From: an uncultured Gammaproteobacteria bacterium
Lineage (GTDB): Bacteria; Patescibacteriota; Patescibacteriia; UBA9934; GWF2-40-263
Direction of reading: 5' to 3'
Assembly: GCA_964538435.1 (NCBI GenBank)
Contig: CAZIDX010000006.1
Location: 11,923-75,922 of the forward strand
DNA: 64,000 bases
Shown: positions 28,492 through 37,773 of the stretch, one piece after another
Position numbering within the stretch: the stretch's first letter is position 1
Layout of the letters: the number at the start of each line of letters is the position of its first letter
Position numbers and translations under genes: made by a program
Notes under the pieces: model-generated
Databases searched by the model: none
The model's input: the letters and a program-made list of their open reading frames with translations, nothing else
Told to the model about the DNA's origin: nothing

Positions 28492-29421
28492 TTATTTTCG
28501 TTTTCTTCGTCCAAGAGCAAAGACGCCGATTAAGACCACGAGAGCACCAAGCAGAGTAGATAGGAGTTGCCACGGTACAAGCGTGAACGCGCTTAACTCT
28601 ATAGAAAGCCGTTGGTTTCCTGCGTATTCGAGCTCAAGCTGTGCTGTCACAGGCCCCAGAGAGAACAATCGCATCTGCTCTGAAATGGTTTGGAGCCATC
28701 CCGATACCCCTGACTCAATGCTGACTGAATATGTTCGGGTGGAACCCGGAAGCACACGCCCCTCATTCTCGTTGATGTTGGCAGAACTGAGCACTCTTCC
28801 GAATACATCCTTTAGTAAGAGTGTTCCTTGTGGCATCACGTGAACATTCCCCTGGTTTTGAACACGAAACTCAAACTCTCCTTCTGGCAAAGATTTCATG
28901 GACTTACCACCCACCTCAACAAGGTCGAGGATTGCGGCTTGAGCATTCATCTCTACACCCCCGACACTGAGCAGAACAAGGACAGCTGTTTTCGCTTCAA
29001 TAATCGCCCCGTTTGATGCAACGACATCGTATGGGGCTGAAGACACAGTAATTGCAGCATAATGACCGCTGTTTTGCGCACTGTCTGGGATAAAGATCTC
29101 AAAAGGAACTTCTGCTTGTGAATGAGCTGGGATCACCACCTGAGACTCATTGAACCGAATCCAGTTCGCAAGCACCTGAGCTTCGTCTTCTTCCTCAAAA
29201 AATGTTGGTGATTGTCCATCTTCATCTGCCTGAAACCCCATGGTGTCCACAAAATACGTCTGGTCGGTGTCATTTGGGTTAATAATGGTGATTGATGAGC
29301 TGACCAGATCACTTCTATCTCCTTCAAGTTCAAGCACGGATGGAAGAACGGAAGCAGAAAGCACCGCAGAAGGAACCAGGAACGCTACCAGCGCAACAAT
29401 TGTGAGAAGAAGGCGTTTCAT
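28492..29421 (-). CDS. Secreted, C-terminally membrane-anchored protein (DUF916-like cell-surface protein)
   Basis: Signal peptide MKRLLLTIVALVAFLVPSAVLSA. A C-terminal TM helix followed by GRRKRK. Start refined to ATG at 29421, preceded by AGGAAA. Confidence 0.65.
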   Translation of the reverse strand: MKRLLLTIVALVAFLVPSAVLSASVLPSVLELEGDRSDLVSSSITIINPNDTDQTYFVDTMGFQADEDGQSPTFFEEEDEAQVLANWIRFNESQVVIPAHSQAEVPFEIFIPDSAQNSGHYAAITVSSAPYDVVASNGAIIEAKTAVLVLLSVGGVEMNAQAAILDLVEVGGKSMKSLPEGEFEFRVQNQGNVHVMPQGTLLLKDVFGRVLSSANINENEGRVLPGSTRTYSVSIESGVSGWLQTISEQMRLFSLGPVTAQLELEYAGNQRLSIELSAFTLVPWQLLSTLLGALVVLIGVFALGRRKRK

Positions 29422-29422
29422 A

Positions 29423-30328
29423 TCAGAAGTTTCCTGAGGCAATGACTGAAATCGTGTGACCGTATGATCCAGCAGTTGAGGTTGTTGCTGCTGCAATCTT
29501 TAGAGCTAGGAAGTCTCTGGACTCAAAGGCAAACGTTGATTCTGTATCGACATCCTGGAATGACGTGGTAATTGCTGAGTCTTCTGTGTCAAAACTTGAA
29601 TCTGTAAGTGTTGTGTCTGAGGAGCGAGCACCGTATTCTTCTGATCCAGCTGTAACTGTTCCGTCGCTGACATCTGAAAACGATGCGGCCCCGTCCCTGA
29701 GATTTCCATCCTCAACCACCTGAACAACATATCCGTTGCTATTATCAACGGTTACCTCCCATCCAATCACTGCCAAATCAACAGTTGTTGCATCCAGGTT
29801 GCCAAATCCGATTGATGCACCATTGAGTTCATAGACATAGTCACCTGATGCATCTGGAACAGGCATTGTTCCGGCGTGCTTCCACTCGTCAACAGTTACT
29901 TCTCCTGTTCCAACGACTGTTATTTGACCAATGGCTACGACATTGTCTGTTCCATAGTCCTCTACAACCGAGATGTAATCATCGACGACCAATCCAGATG
30001 TTGAGGAAACCGTCACAGTGTTTCCGCTGATTGCCCCTGCTGTGCGTCCGGTTCCTGAGCTTGTTGCGAAAAGATCGAATTTTATTATCTGTGCAAAATC
30101 ACCTGATCGATAACCTTGATCAAGCTGATACGAGGAGCTAGTAGATGTTCCTGCCACACCGGTCTCTACGGTGTCATGCAATTGATAGCTGGTGGAACTT
30201 GAAGTATCGGACCCACCGGTACTAAACGTATCCCACCGAATTTGGTAATTGGTAGAGCTCATTTGCGCGCTGGCAAAACTCGCCCATACAAAAACCCCCA
30301 CAATTGCAAAGGCTAGAGGTTTCCCCAT
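29423..30328 (-). CDS. Secreted Thr/Ser/Asp-rich protein (301 aa), first gene of the surface operon
   Basis: Signal peptide ending ASA/QM. The promoter (TTGACT-17-TATACT) and RBS AAAGGA lie just upstream. Confidence 0.65.
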   Translation of the reverse strand: MGKPLAFAIVGVFVWASFASAQMSSTNYQIRWDTFSTGGSDTSSSTSYQLHDTVETGVAGTSTSSSYQLDQGYRSGDFAQIIKFDLFATSSGTGRTAGAISGNTVTVSSTSGLVVDDYISVVEDYGTDNVVAIGQITVVGTGEVTVDEWKHAGTMPVPDASGDYVYELNGASIGFGNLDATTVDLAVIGWEVTVDNSNGYVVQVVEDGNLRDGAASFSDVSDGTVTAGSEEYGARSSDTTLTDSSFDTEDSAITTSFQDVDTESTFAFESRDFLALKIAAATTSTAGSYGHTISVIASGNF

Positions 30329-30351
30329 ATCTTTCTATCCTTTACAAACAT

Positions 30352-30380
30352 AGTATATCATGAATACGAAAAGTAGTCAA
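30352..30380 (-). promoter_or_regulatory. Sigma70-like promoter of the surface-protein operon (TTGACT-17-TATACT)
   Basis: Near-consensus hexamers with 17-bp spacing, about 25 nt upstream of the start codon. Confidence 0.55.
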
Positions 30381-30434
30381 CCTAGGATTATGCTAAGTTT
30401 AGCAAAGAAATTATGGTTTGGAAGGATAAAATGA

Positions 30435-30467
30435 GCCCATTTCTGGCCTTGAGGGCCAAAAATGGGC
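30435..30467. promoter_or_regulatory. Extended nested hairpin GCCCATTT-TGGCC-TTGA-GGCCA-AAATGGGC upstream of the operon promoter (insulating terminator or regulatory RNA element)
   Basis: Near-perfect dyad with T-runs on both strands. Confidence 0.4.
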
Positions 30468-30595
30468 ACTTTTTTAGATTTATCCACATATTTAGCATGT
30501 TTGTCTACACTATACTGGACAAATAGATCAAAAATCGGTGTTTTGTTTCCTGTGAAACCAATTACAGCTTCTATTCCTGATAGTTTGTGTTAAAC

Positions 30596-30625
30596 AAAAA
30601 GACACGGTTATTTCCGTGTCTTTTT
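30596..30625 (-). terminator. Terminator of the HAD hydrolase gene
   Basis: agacacgg-ttatttc-ccgtgtct followed by TTTTT on the minus strand. Confidence 0.6.
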
Positions 30626-30654
30626 ATCTTCTAAGAAGGGCACTTCCTTCTTTT

Positions 30655-31329
30655 TTATCTTACACCAACGATTATCTGTTCAATCTTCTTCACACATGCT
30701 TCTAAGCTCTCAAATACATCGTTTGCAATTGAAAAGTCTAACCCTGCTGAGTATTTTCCTGGGATAGCACAAACATGTGTACCTGCACCACAAGCAGATT
30801 CTACGCCACTATAGGAATCCTCAATTGAAATACAATGTTTTGGTTCAGTCCCCGCTTTCTTTGCTCCCAGGACAAATGGCTCTGGATCTGGTTTCCCGTT
30901 TTCAACAGAATCAGCAGTTACCCATCCATCAAATGGATTTTGAAGCTGCAAGATATCAAAGTTCCTCAGCACTGATCTTTCTAGAGATGATGTAACGAGG
31001 ATGAATTTGATGTTATTTGCTTTTACTAGTTCAACCAATCTTTCAAACCCAGGCATGAGATGCATTCTTTTCTTCACAAGCTCATGCTCAAGCTCAGATA
31101 ATCTTTTCCTGAAAACATCTTGCTCGACATTCATACCCAGCGTATCTATCAAATAACGCGACCAGTGGTCACCTGTGGTTCCTAGAATATCTCGATGATG
31201 CACTTCTGTGAACTCGCCACCGAACTCAGAGCACACTTGCCTGAAACAGCTGTGTGAAATTTCTTCTGTGTTAATAATTGTGCCATCCATGTCACAGAGG
31301 ACAGCTTTAAGTTCATGTTCCATAGACAT
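30655..31329 (-). CDS. HAD-superfamily hydrolase (beta-phosphoglucomutase/phosphatase-like)
   Basis: Motif I LCDMDGTII and other HAD motifs. 224 aa. Confidence 0.8.
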   Translation of the reverse strand: MSMEHELKAVLCDMDGTIINTEEISHSCFRQVCSEFGGEFTEVHHRDILGTTGDHWSRYLIDTLGMNVEQDVFRKRLSELEHELVKKRMHLMPGFERLVELVKANNIKFILVTSSLERSVLRNFDILQLQNPFDGWVTADSVENGKPDPEPFVLGAKKAGTEPKHCISIEDSYSGVESACGAGTHVCAIPGKYSAGLDFSIANDVFESLEACVKKIEQIIVGVR

Positions 31330-31351
31330 GTTTCACAAGGAACAGATTTAG

Positions 31352-31427
31352 TGGTGTCCCCGGGAGGACTCGAACCCCCATGTCATCCTTAGGAGGGATG
31401 CGCTCTATCCTGTTGAGCTACAGGGAC
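31352..31427 (-). tRNA. tRNA-Arg (anticodon CCT), CCA encoded
   Basis: The reverse complement folds as a cloverleaf. Anticodon loop CUCCUAA. T-arm GGGGG-TTCGAGT-CCTCC. Confidence 0.85.
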
Positions 31428-31518
31428 ATTATGTGTCGTAAAACGTTAAACTTCTTTTCGTGATATACTGTAGTTCGACGTAATTGTACGTCTCAATCCA
31501 CTAAGCGTCAAAGCACCT

Positions 31519-32634
31519 ATGCTAACTGAAATCTTGCTTGCAGTCGTCATTGCTCTTCTTGTTGCTGTCTTGTTGTTTCTTTTAAAAAAGCGACCTGTTT
31601 CCTCAGAGCAAGCCGACACTCAGCTCTTTACTCTTATCAATGATCTGAGGAAGGAGATTCAAAGCACTACAAACTCTTCGCGAAAAGAAGTTGAGACAAA
31701 GCTCGATCAGATGCATGAGCGTATGGTTTCTAACTTAAACACGTCCTCAGCAACGCTGCAAAAGCATTTTAAGCACACTCTGTCTTCCTTTGCAGGTGTA
31801 AAGGAGCAACTCACACAGCTTGATGAGACAAATAAGCAGGTACTTGGGTTCTCAGAGCAGCTTCAGAGCCTTGAAAACATTCTTAAAAACCCAAAACAGA
31901 GAGGTATTCTTGGTGAGTATTGGCTAGAGTCGCTTTTGGGGCAGGTTCTGGCGCCAGGACAGTACAAAATGCAGCATCATCTCGGTACTGATGAGAAGAC
32001 TGGGCAGAAACTTATTCCAGATGCTGTTCTATTTATCAAGGATCTTGTTGTTCCAATTGACGCTAAGTTTTCCCTTGAAAATTACAATAGAATCTCCCAG
32101 GAGCCTGATGCTACGAGGCGAAGCAAGCTTGAAAAGGAATTTAAGGCTGATGTGAAGCTTCGTATTGACGAAACAGCTAAGTATATTCAACCAGAAAAGG
32201 GGACTACGAACTTCTCATTCATGTTTGTTCCAGCAGAAGGGGTGTACCACAACCTTATTACTTCAGATGTTGGTGCTGTAAAGGTGAATACACGCAACTT
32301 GATTGAGTACGCTTTTGAAAAAGGAGTGATGATTGTGTCGCCAACCAGCTTCTTTGCCTACCTTCAGACCGTCATTCTTGGCCTTAAAGCGCTTCAAATA
32401 GAAGACTCGGTCAAGGAGATCCAAAAGCAGGCAGAGGCCCTTATGAGGCACATGAAGGCTTATGAGGATCACCATAATCGTGTTGGAAAACATCTTGATA
32501 CTACTGTTAGGGCCTATTCAGCCTCAAATAAGGAGCTTGGGAAGATTGATAAGGACATCTTTCGCATCACAGGAGGGGATGCAGGAAAGGAACTTGAGCT
32601 TCTTGAGGTCGATCTGCCTAGCAAGGACGAATAG
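31519..32634 (+). CDS. rmuC: DNA recombination protein RmuC
   Basis: N-terminal TM and coiled coil, then NPKQRGILGEYWLESLLGQVL and the RmuC nuclease-like C-domain. Confidence 0.85.
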   Translation: MLTEILLAVVIALLVAVLLFLLKKRPVSSEQADTQLFTLINDLRKEIQSTTNSSRKEVETKLDQMHERMVSNLNTSSATLQKHFKHTLSSFAGVKEQLTQLDETNKQVLGFSEQLQSLENILKNPKQRGILGEYWLESLLGQVLAPGQYKMQHHLGTDEKTGQKLIPDAVLFIKDLVVPIDAKFSLENYNRISQEPDATRRSKLEKEFKADVKLRIDETAKYIQPEKGTTNFSFMFVPAEGVYHNLITSDVGAVKVNTRNLIEYAFEKGVMIVSPTSFFAYLQTVILGLKALQIEDSVKEIQKQAEALMRHMKAYEDHHNRVGKHLDTTVRAYSASNKELGKIDKDIFRITGGDAGKELELLEVDLPSKDE

Positions 32635-32711
32635 TTGACAACTTGGCCAATTCGGCTATACTACCCGCGTCTCAGTTAGCTACTGCTAACATCACACGCT
32701 CAAGCAAAACT

Positions 32712-32981
32712 ATGCCAAATTTAGCAAATGCAAAAAAAGCTCTACGTCAGAGTGATAAGCGAGCTCAGCGAAACAAAATTGTGAAAGCTGAGATCAAGTC
32801 TCTTCGCGTAAAGCTTAGAAAGATGATTGATGCTGCAAATACCAAGGAAGCTCAAGCGATTGCTCAGGTGATCTGCAAGAAGCTTGATAAGGCTCAGCAG
32901 AAGAACATCTACAAAAAGAACACTGTAGCGCGATACAAATCTCGACTCATGAAGAAAGTAAACGCGCTTACAACCAAGTAA
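32712..32981 (+). CDS. rpsT: 30S ribosomal protein S20
   Basis: MPNLANAKKALRQSDKRAQRNK... is typical of S20. Start refined to ATG at 32712. Confidence 0.8.
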   Translation: MPNLANAKKALRQSDKRAQRNKIVKAEIKSLRVKLRKMIDAANTKEAQAIAQVICKKLDKAQQKNIYKKNTVARYKSRLMKKVNALTTK

Positions 32982-33022
32982 ACAAAAAAGCAGTCTCTCA
33001 CGAGCTGCTTTTTGGTTTGCAT

Positions 33023-33634
33023 TTAGTCTGAGAGCTCTGTGATATAACCATCTTCAATGTAGAGAGCTTGAGCATCGGTTAGAACAAAGGTTTTGAGATC
33101 TGTTTTTGCCATTCCTTTGTCTGTTGCTTCTTTGTGTTGCTGCTCAAAGTGCACTGACACAAGAAAAGGCACAAGCCCCATGCCTTCCAAGCCCTGATTT
33201 TCTTCTGGGAAGTATTTTGTTGTTTCTTTCCAGAGACACATCTCGAGTGACGGACATGCTACATAGGCACCTGCACTTGTCCCGGAGTAGAGCACACCTT
33301 TTTCCATCAGCTCCTCGAGTACTTCTTGGAATCCAGATTCTTTGATTGCTCGCATGAGATAGAACGTATTGCCTCCATGCATGTAGATTACGTCTTTTTC
33401 AGCAAGGAGCTCTCTGAGCTCGTCCTGGTTCTTGCCCTCAATATCGATCTCTTCATACTCAAATGGCATTTTATTCATGCGCTCATAGTGCTTTTGCATG
33501 TAATCCGTACCAGTTGCGCCGTTTTTTGCTGTTGTCACCCAAGCGATCTTTGCTTGGTCAAGAGGCTTTTCGACATATTCATCAACATGTTCGTACCAAT
33601 AGTCTGAGGCAGATGTGAGAAGAAGTTTTTTCAT
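33023..33634 (-). CDS. Peptidase S51 family (dipeptidase E-like)
   Basis: GGNTFYL and GTSAG nucleophile motifs. 203 aa. Confidence 0.7.
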   Translation of the reverse strand: MKKLLLTSASDYWYEHVDEYVEKPLDQAKIAWVTTAKNGATGTDYMQKHYERMNKMPFEYEEIDIEGKNQDELRELLAEKDVIYMHGGNTFYLMRAIKESGFQEVLEELMEKGVLYSGTSAGAYVACPSLEMCLWKETTKYFPEENQGLEGMGLVPFLVSVHFEQQHKEATDKGMAKTDLKTFVLTDAQALYIEDGYITELSD

Positions 33635-33635
33635 A

Positions 33636-34088
33636 TTATTCTCCTAAAGCCTTGAGGGCTTTGGTTCCGTAATAGGTTACGTTCTCGAGAAGATCGTCTG
33701 AGCCTAACTCTTCTTTTGTAAACCACTTAATATCGTTATGTTCTTGCTCGGCTAGCACGATCTTGTCTGTCTTGCTGGTTGCAAAGTAGACCATGCCGAT
33801 GTGTCTGTGCTCGTCCGTGATCTTGTGGATGTCGAGATAGACCGGTGGGATGAGTGATTTTATGTGGTCAGAGTCAATATTCTCACGCGCGCCCATGATT
33901 TGGACATCAAGACCGCTCTCTTCTTTAATCTCGCGCATGAGAGCTTGCTCTGGATCCTCGTCGAGTTCAATGTGACCACCCACTGGGAGCCAGGTGTCGA
34001 GTTTTTTGTGGTGCACAAGCAGGACTTTATCTGCGTGAACAATGAACGCGGCGATTGTGAAATCAATCAAATCGTGAAGGTGGGCCAT
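33636..34088 (-). CDS. NUDIX hydrolase
   Basis: Nudix box GGHIELDEDPEQALMREIKEESGL. Confidence 0.8.
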   Translation of the reverse strand: MAHLHDLIDFTIAAFIVHADKVLLVHHKKLDTWLPVGGHIELDEDPEQALMREIKEESGLDVQIMGARENIDSDHIKSLIPPVYLDIHKITDEHRHIGMVYFATSKTDKIVLAEQEHNDIKWFTKEELGSDDLLENVTYYGTKALKALGE

Positions 34089-34091
34089 AGT

Positions 34092-35069
34092 CTATTTTGT
34101 TAAAAGTTTTGTTGTTGTGAGATCAACTGCGAGCTTGGCGTCGATTTGACCAGTTTTCAGTTTTTGATCGAACTCGAATAATAAGTCGTGCGCGCTGCGC
34201 AGGGTGTCCATGTTGAATCCGCGTGCTTGTTGCAAGGCTTTTTGCGCAACAAAGGGATGCACACTCAGTGCGCTTGCGAGTTCTTGCTTGGTCACAGCTG
34301 GATTCTCATCGAGAAGGGCGCGTGCACCAAGCAGGATTCGCACCTGACGACCAAGCATAGTGAGTAGGTAGTGATCGTTTGCACCTGACCATCGCTCTTC
34401 TTCGAGTAGTTTGAGGGCTTGTTTTGGTTGTCTGCGCGAAATCGCGTCGATGAGATCAAAGATCTTTCCTTCAAATGATGCATGTACGAGCCTGTCCACC
34501 ATTTCTAAATCGATTTGCTTACCTGATGCAAAAGAAACGAGTTTGCTGATCTCATGATCCATTTGCCAAAGGTCTGGGCCAACGCGCTCGATCAGCCCCT
34601 GCATTGCCTGCCTGCCAATTGTGCCACCACGTTCTTTTACGCGCGTTGCAATCCACTTTCCAAGCTTGGTACCATCGAGCTCTGGAAATGGGTAGTGATG
34701 GACATCTGCTTCGTCTTTTAATGCCTTGAAGATGGCTTTTTTCTCAAGCGTCTTTGGGCTGGTTGTTTCCCAGAAGATCACGATACTCGACTGAGGCGAT
34801 GACTTTAGCCCATCCACCCAAATGTCCATGTCAGCTTTTTTTGTATTTGTGACAAGATCACGAATAATAACCATGCGCCTATCTCCCATGAATGGAAGTG
34901 ACTTGATAGCTTGCAGCACCTCACCTGGCTCAAGCTTTGTTTTGTTTTGAGCAGGAAACTCGGCAGTGTTAAGGCCGGTTGGATCAAACTTTTCCTTAAA
35001 CGCCTTTTTCATTGCCTGAACCTTTTCTTGCACTTGAAATGTGTCGTCTCCGTAGATAAAGATGAGCAT
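34092..35069 (-). CDS. holA: DNA polymerase III delta subunit
   Basis: N-terminus MLIFIYGDDTF..., 325 aa, helical C-domain. Length and motifs fit HolA. Confidence 0.7.
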   Translation of the reverse strand: MLIFIYGDDTFQVQEKVQAMKKAFKEKFDPTGLNTAEFPAQNKTKLEPGEVLQAIKSLPFMGDRRMVIIRDLVTNTKKADMDIWVDGLKSSPQSSIVIFWETTSPKTLEKKAIFKALKDEADVHHYPFPELDGTKLGKWIATRVKERGGTIGRQAMQGLIERVGPDLWQMDHEISKLVSFASGKQIDLEMVDRLVHASFEGKIFDLIDAISRRQPKQALKLLEEERWSGANDHYLLTMLGRQVRILLGARALLDENPAVTKQELASALSVHPFVAQKALQQARGFNMDTLRSAHDLLFEFDQKLKTGQIDAKLAVDLTTTKLLTK

Positions 35070-35164
35070 AGTGTGGTCATGTTACCTGATGGGGGCTTGC
35101 CAGGGAAGTGAGGGTGTGGTGAGGTGTTGGTGACGGGACAGACCCGTTAGATTGGAGCGGAAGA

Positions 35165-35962
35165 GTGACACGCGGAACAGAGAATGCTTCGAGCAATGTA
35201 GCGCAGGAGTTCGATGCGCCCATCATCAAGCTTACGAACCTGATCCTCCTCGATATCTGTCGCAAGGATGCAACAGGTTCCCGCTGGGTGGAGGGCGAAC
35301 GAACCCTCCAGATTAACTACATCATCGATGATGTCGAGCATCAGGTCATGCGCCCGCCGCACAAGCTTCTTGGGTCCATGCTCGCGTACCTGCGACATCT
35401 GTGCGGGGTCGGGCCCGAGGACATGGGAGGATCAGCAACCCTCTCCAGCGAAGAGTTCGGAGAGGTGGTGTACAACATCACGTTCCCGAACACGAAGCTT
35501 GTGGAAGGCGGCACGCTCGTGTGCGAGATCACGGCGCACGTAGAAAGCGAGGGGCAAGATCTGGGAATCGTTCTAGGAGGCAGGCGCCGTCTGTACACGC
35601 TCGAGGAAGTGATCGAGCCAGAGCGAATTCCAGTCGTCTTCGGCCTTGCGACCAACATCATTCTCCGTGAGCTGCGTCGGCAGGGTGCGGAATTGATCTT
35701 GGTTGTACTTGGTGAGAGGCTGGCCTTTCACTACACGATCGGTGATCGCATGCCGATGCACAACTCGTTTTCTGCCAAGAGGTGGGAGCACATCGAGAAG
35801 CATCTGCGCGAGAGCTCGAACTTCGATGAGGAGAAGGGGCTCGGCAAGATCGAGTTTCCCGAGACGCACCACTACCATGCATGCGAGTTGGATGTCACGT
35901 TCCCGGACGAGCCGTTCGAGGGAGGTGGTCAGCTCGTGTGTGAGATCGTGGTCAACTACTAG
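35165..35962 (+). CDS. Hypothetical protein (265 aa) in a short GC-rich (~58%) segment
   Basis: Internally duplicated-looking halves (…LVEGGTLVCEITAHV… / …FEGGGQLVCEIVVNY). No known domain. The many overlapping ORFs on both strands come from the high GC. Confidence 0.45.
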   Translation: MTRGTENASSNVAQEFDAPIIKLTNLILLDICRKDATGSRWVEGERTLQINYIIDDVEHQVMRPPHKLLGSMLAYLRHLCGVGPEDMGGSATLSSEEFGEVVYNITFPNTKLVEGGTLVCEITAHVESEGQDLGIVLGGRRRLYTLEEVIEPERIPVVFGLATNIILRELRRQGAELILVVLGERLAFHYTIGDRMPMHNSFSAKRWEHIEKHLRESSNFDEEKGLGKIEFPETHHYHACELDVTFPDEPFEGGGQLVCEIVVNY

Positions 35963-36011
35963 AAAACCTGGCACGTAGCCAGGCTTTCACGTCCCGCCAA
36001 TGGCGGGATTT

Positions 36012-36800
36012 CTAATTGTATTCTTCGAGCATGGCACGGAAGATTTCTCTTTGGCTTTCTGCAAATGCTGCGTCGTGGATTTCCACAAGACGTTCAGGTT
36101 TGGACGTGAGCGAGAAGAGCACCACATAATCTCCCATGACCCAGAGTGTGGATGTGAAGTGTTTTTTGTTTTTCCATTCGATAATCTTGCGCTGTTCATA
36201 TCCTTTGTTTGCTACAGCGATCTCTGCTTCCGTTTGATTACTGAAAAGTATGAGCTTGATCATTTTTGGAGCATTGTTCCAATACCAGTCAATCCAGGCT
36301 GCAAAACGTTTTGGAAACTCTGGCTCCTGAAACCCAAGGTATGAACCATCACTAGCTAATATGCTCTCATTCCACACAGGTGTTCGTCGATATAGAAACT
36401 CTTCGATTTGTTCTCCGAGAATATATTGAACTTTTGGAACCGGAACTGTTGCTGTGCGCTCGATGTCTTGGACTTGTTTCATTGCTGTGTTCACAAGCTC
36501 TTTTTTCTTGTTGAGCTTTTCTTGCTCTTTCCGAACCACTCGGCCAAGCGCGTCAGGGGAGGAGGCAATGAAGAACCTTTTACCACCCCGATGTTCTTCT
36601 TTAATGAGCCCACGATCGATCAATGCCTTTGCAACCGAGTACACCGTCGTTCTATTGATATTTGTGATGTGTGAGAGTTCAGTTGCTGGGATTTGGCCGT
36701 GTTTTTGAATTGCAAGATACACAGCGGTTTCGTTGGCTGTGAAGTCTAGTTGAGTGAGGATTTGCTTGAGATTTGCTTGCATACACGGATATTCTACCAT
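36012..36800 (-). CDS. TrmB-family transcriptional regulator
   Basis: N-terminal wHTH (ANETAVYLAIQKHGQIPATELSHITNINRTTVYSVAKALIDRGLI) and a TrmB-like C-domain. Confidence 0.7.
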   Translation of the reverse strand: MVEYPCMQANLKQILTQLDFTANETAVYLAIQKHGQIPATELSHITNINRTTVYSVAKALIDRGLIKEEHRGGKRFFIASSPDALGRVVRKEQEKLNKKKELVNTAMKQVQDIERTATVPVPKVQYILGEQIEEFLYRRTPVWNESILASDGSYLGFQEPEFPKRFAAWIDWYWNNAPKMIKLILFSNQTEAEIAVANKGYEQRKIIEWKNKKHFTSTLWVMGDYVVLFSLTSKPERLVEIHDAAFAESQREIFRAMLEEYN

Positions 36801-36984
36801 TTTGTTGGAGCTTCGTCAACAATATATAGTTTTGTCTTTAAAAATAGGGTTTTTCTTGTTCTTGATGGATTGACATTTTAGCTTCAGCGTGGTAGTATGT
36901 AGTCACAAGATACAAACAGCACCTTACAACTTGGAGAGAGCCCTTACACTTGTGGGATACAAGTGATCACAAGTTTTTGTGATG

Positions 36985-37030
36985 AGAAAAGCCCGGCTCT
37001 CTAGCTTCTTAGAGAATCGGGCTCTTTCTT
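36985..37030. repeat. Terminator-promoter module, family member (GAGAAAAGCCC-GGCTCTCTA...TAGAGAATCGGGC-TCTTTC)
   Basis: 12-bp imperfect stem. T-rich on both sides. Same GAAAAGCCC lead as the other copies. Confidence 0.45.
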
Positions 37031-37066
37031 TACAACAACACGCGGCGCGGCCGCAGAGGAGAAGAC

Positions 37067-37687
37067 ATGACGAACAAGAACTATGATGACTACACGGATG
37101 CCGTTCATGCCTATATGCACTCTTCGCTAGAAGTGCGAAGGATCCAAGCAAATCTTACCAATGCTCAGATTGAGCACTCGAAGGCTGCAGAGATTCTGGG
37201 TAAGACAATGTTCGAAGTCGGCTTTGAGCACACCCTGTCTTACAAATTCAAATTTGTTCCGCTGGATGGCTACGGAACACTTCTCATCATCCCAGGAACG
37301 TCTGGCGCCCTGCTGCTGAACTACAAAAACTATGGGTCTGACGTACATCGGTACTGGGTCAGGGCTTCTGAGCATTTCTACAAGCGGCTGTACCTGATGT
37401 GCGGCTGCTGTGGTTGGACCACGGGAGAAAAGGGAGACCCTGATGTGATGCGAGGGTTGCTCGAGCGCGCTTGCACGGAGCACGGGATCAAGTACGTGTT
37501 TTTGCGTCGGGCAGAGCACATGCGTGAGGGACTTGGTGAGATCAACGGATTCGAGCTGGTCGAGGGGAGTTACAGAGAACTTTCTGAGAAGCTGCATGTT
37601 GACACGGTTCCTTTCCTGAAAGAGCTCGGAATCTACACCAGAGGAAACGTTCCGCACCGTGGTCAGCGCAAGGATCAGTTTTGCTGA
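37067..37687 (+). CDS. Hypothetical protein (206 aa)
   Basis: Strong RBS GAGGAGAAG and a strong downstream terminator. The antisense ORF 37127..37693 is rejected. Confidence 0.5.
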   Translation: MTNKNYDDYTDAVHAYMHSSLEVRRIQANLTNAQIEHSKAAEILGKTMFEVGFEHTLSYKFKFVPLDGYGTLLIIPGTSGALLLNYKNYGSDVHRYWVRASEHFYKRLYLMCGCCGWTTGEKGDPDVMRGLLERACTEHGIKYVFLRRAEHMREGLGEINGFELVEGSYRELSEKLHVDTVPFLKELGIYTRGNVPHRGQRKDQFC

Positions 37688-37695
37688 GCACACGA

Positions 37696-37731
37696 ACCCG
37701 GAGGAGATGCGATATCTTCTCCGGGTTTTTC
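37696..37731 (+). terminator. Rho-independent terminator (cccggaggagatgcgatatcttctccggg + TTTTT)
   Basis: 11-bp stem with a T-run. Confidence 0.65.
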
Positions 37732-37737
37732 GTTTAC

Positions 37738-37768
37738 AAAAACAGAGTCCTCAGACTCTGTTTTCTAT
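37738..37768. terminator. Second, bidirectional hairpin (aacagagtcctcagactctgtt) serving polA on the minus strand
   Basis: T-runs on both sides. Confidence 0.5.
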
Positions 37769-37773
37769 TTGCT

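Noticed and set aside
37127-37693. 188-aa minus-strand ORF
   Set aside because: Exactly antisense to 37067..37687. The plus-strand gene has a strong RBS and a strong downstream terminator. The minus ORF has neither.
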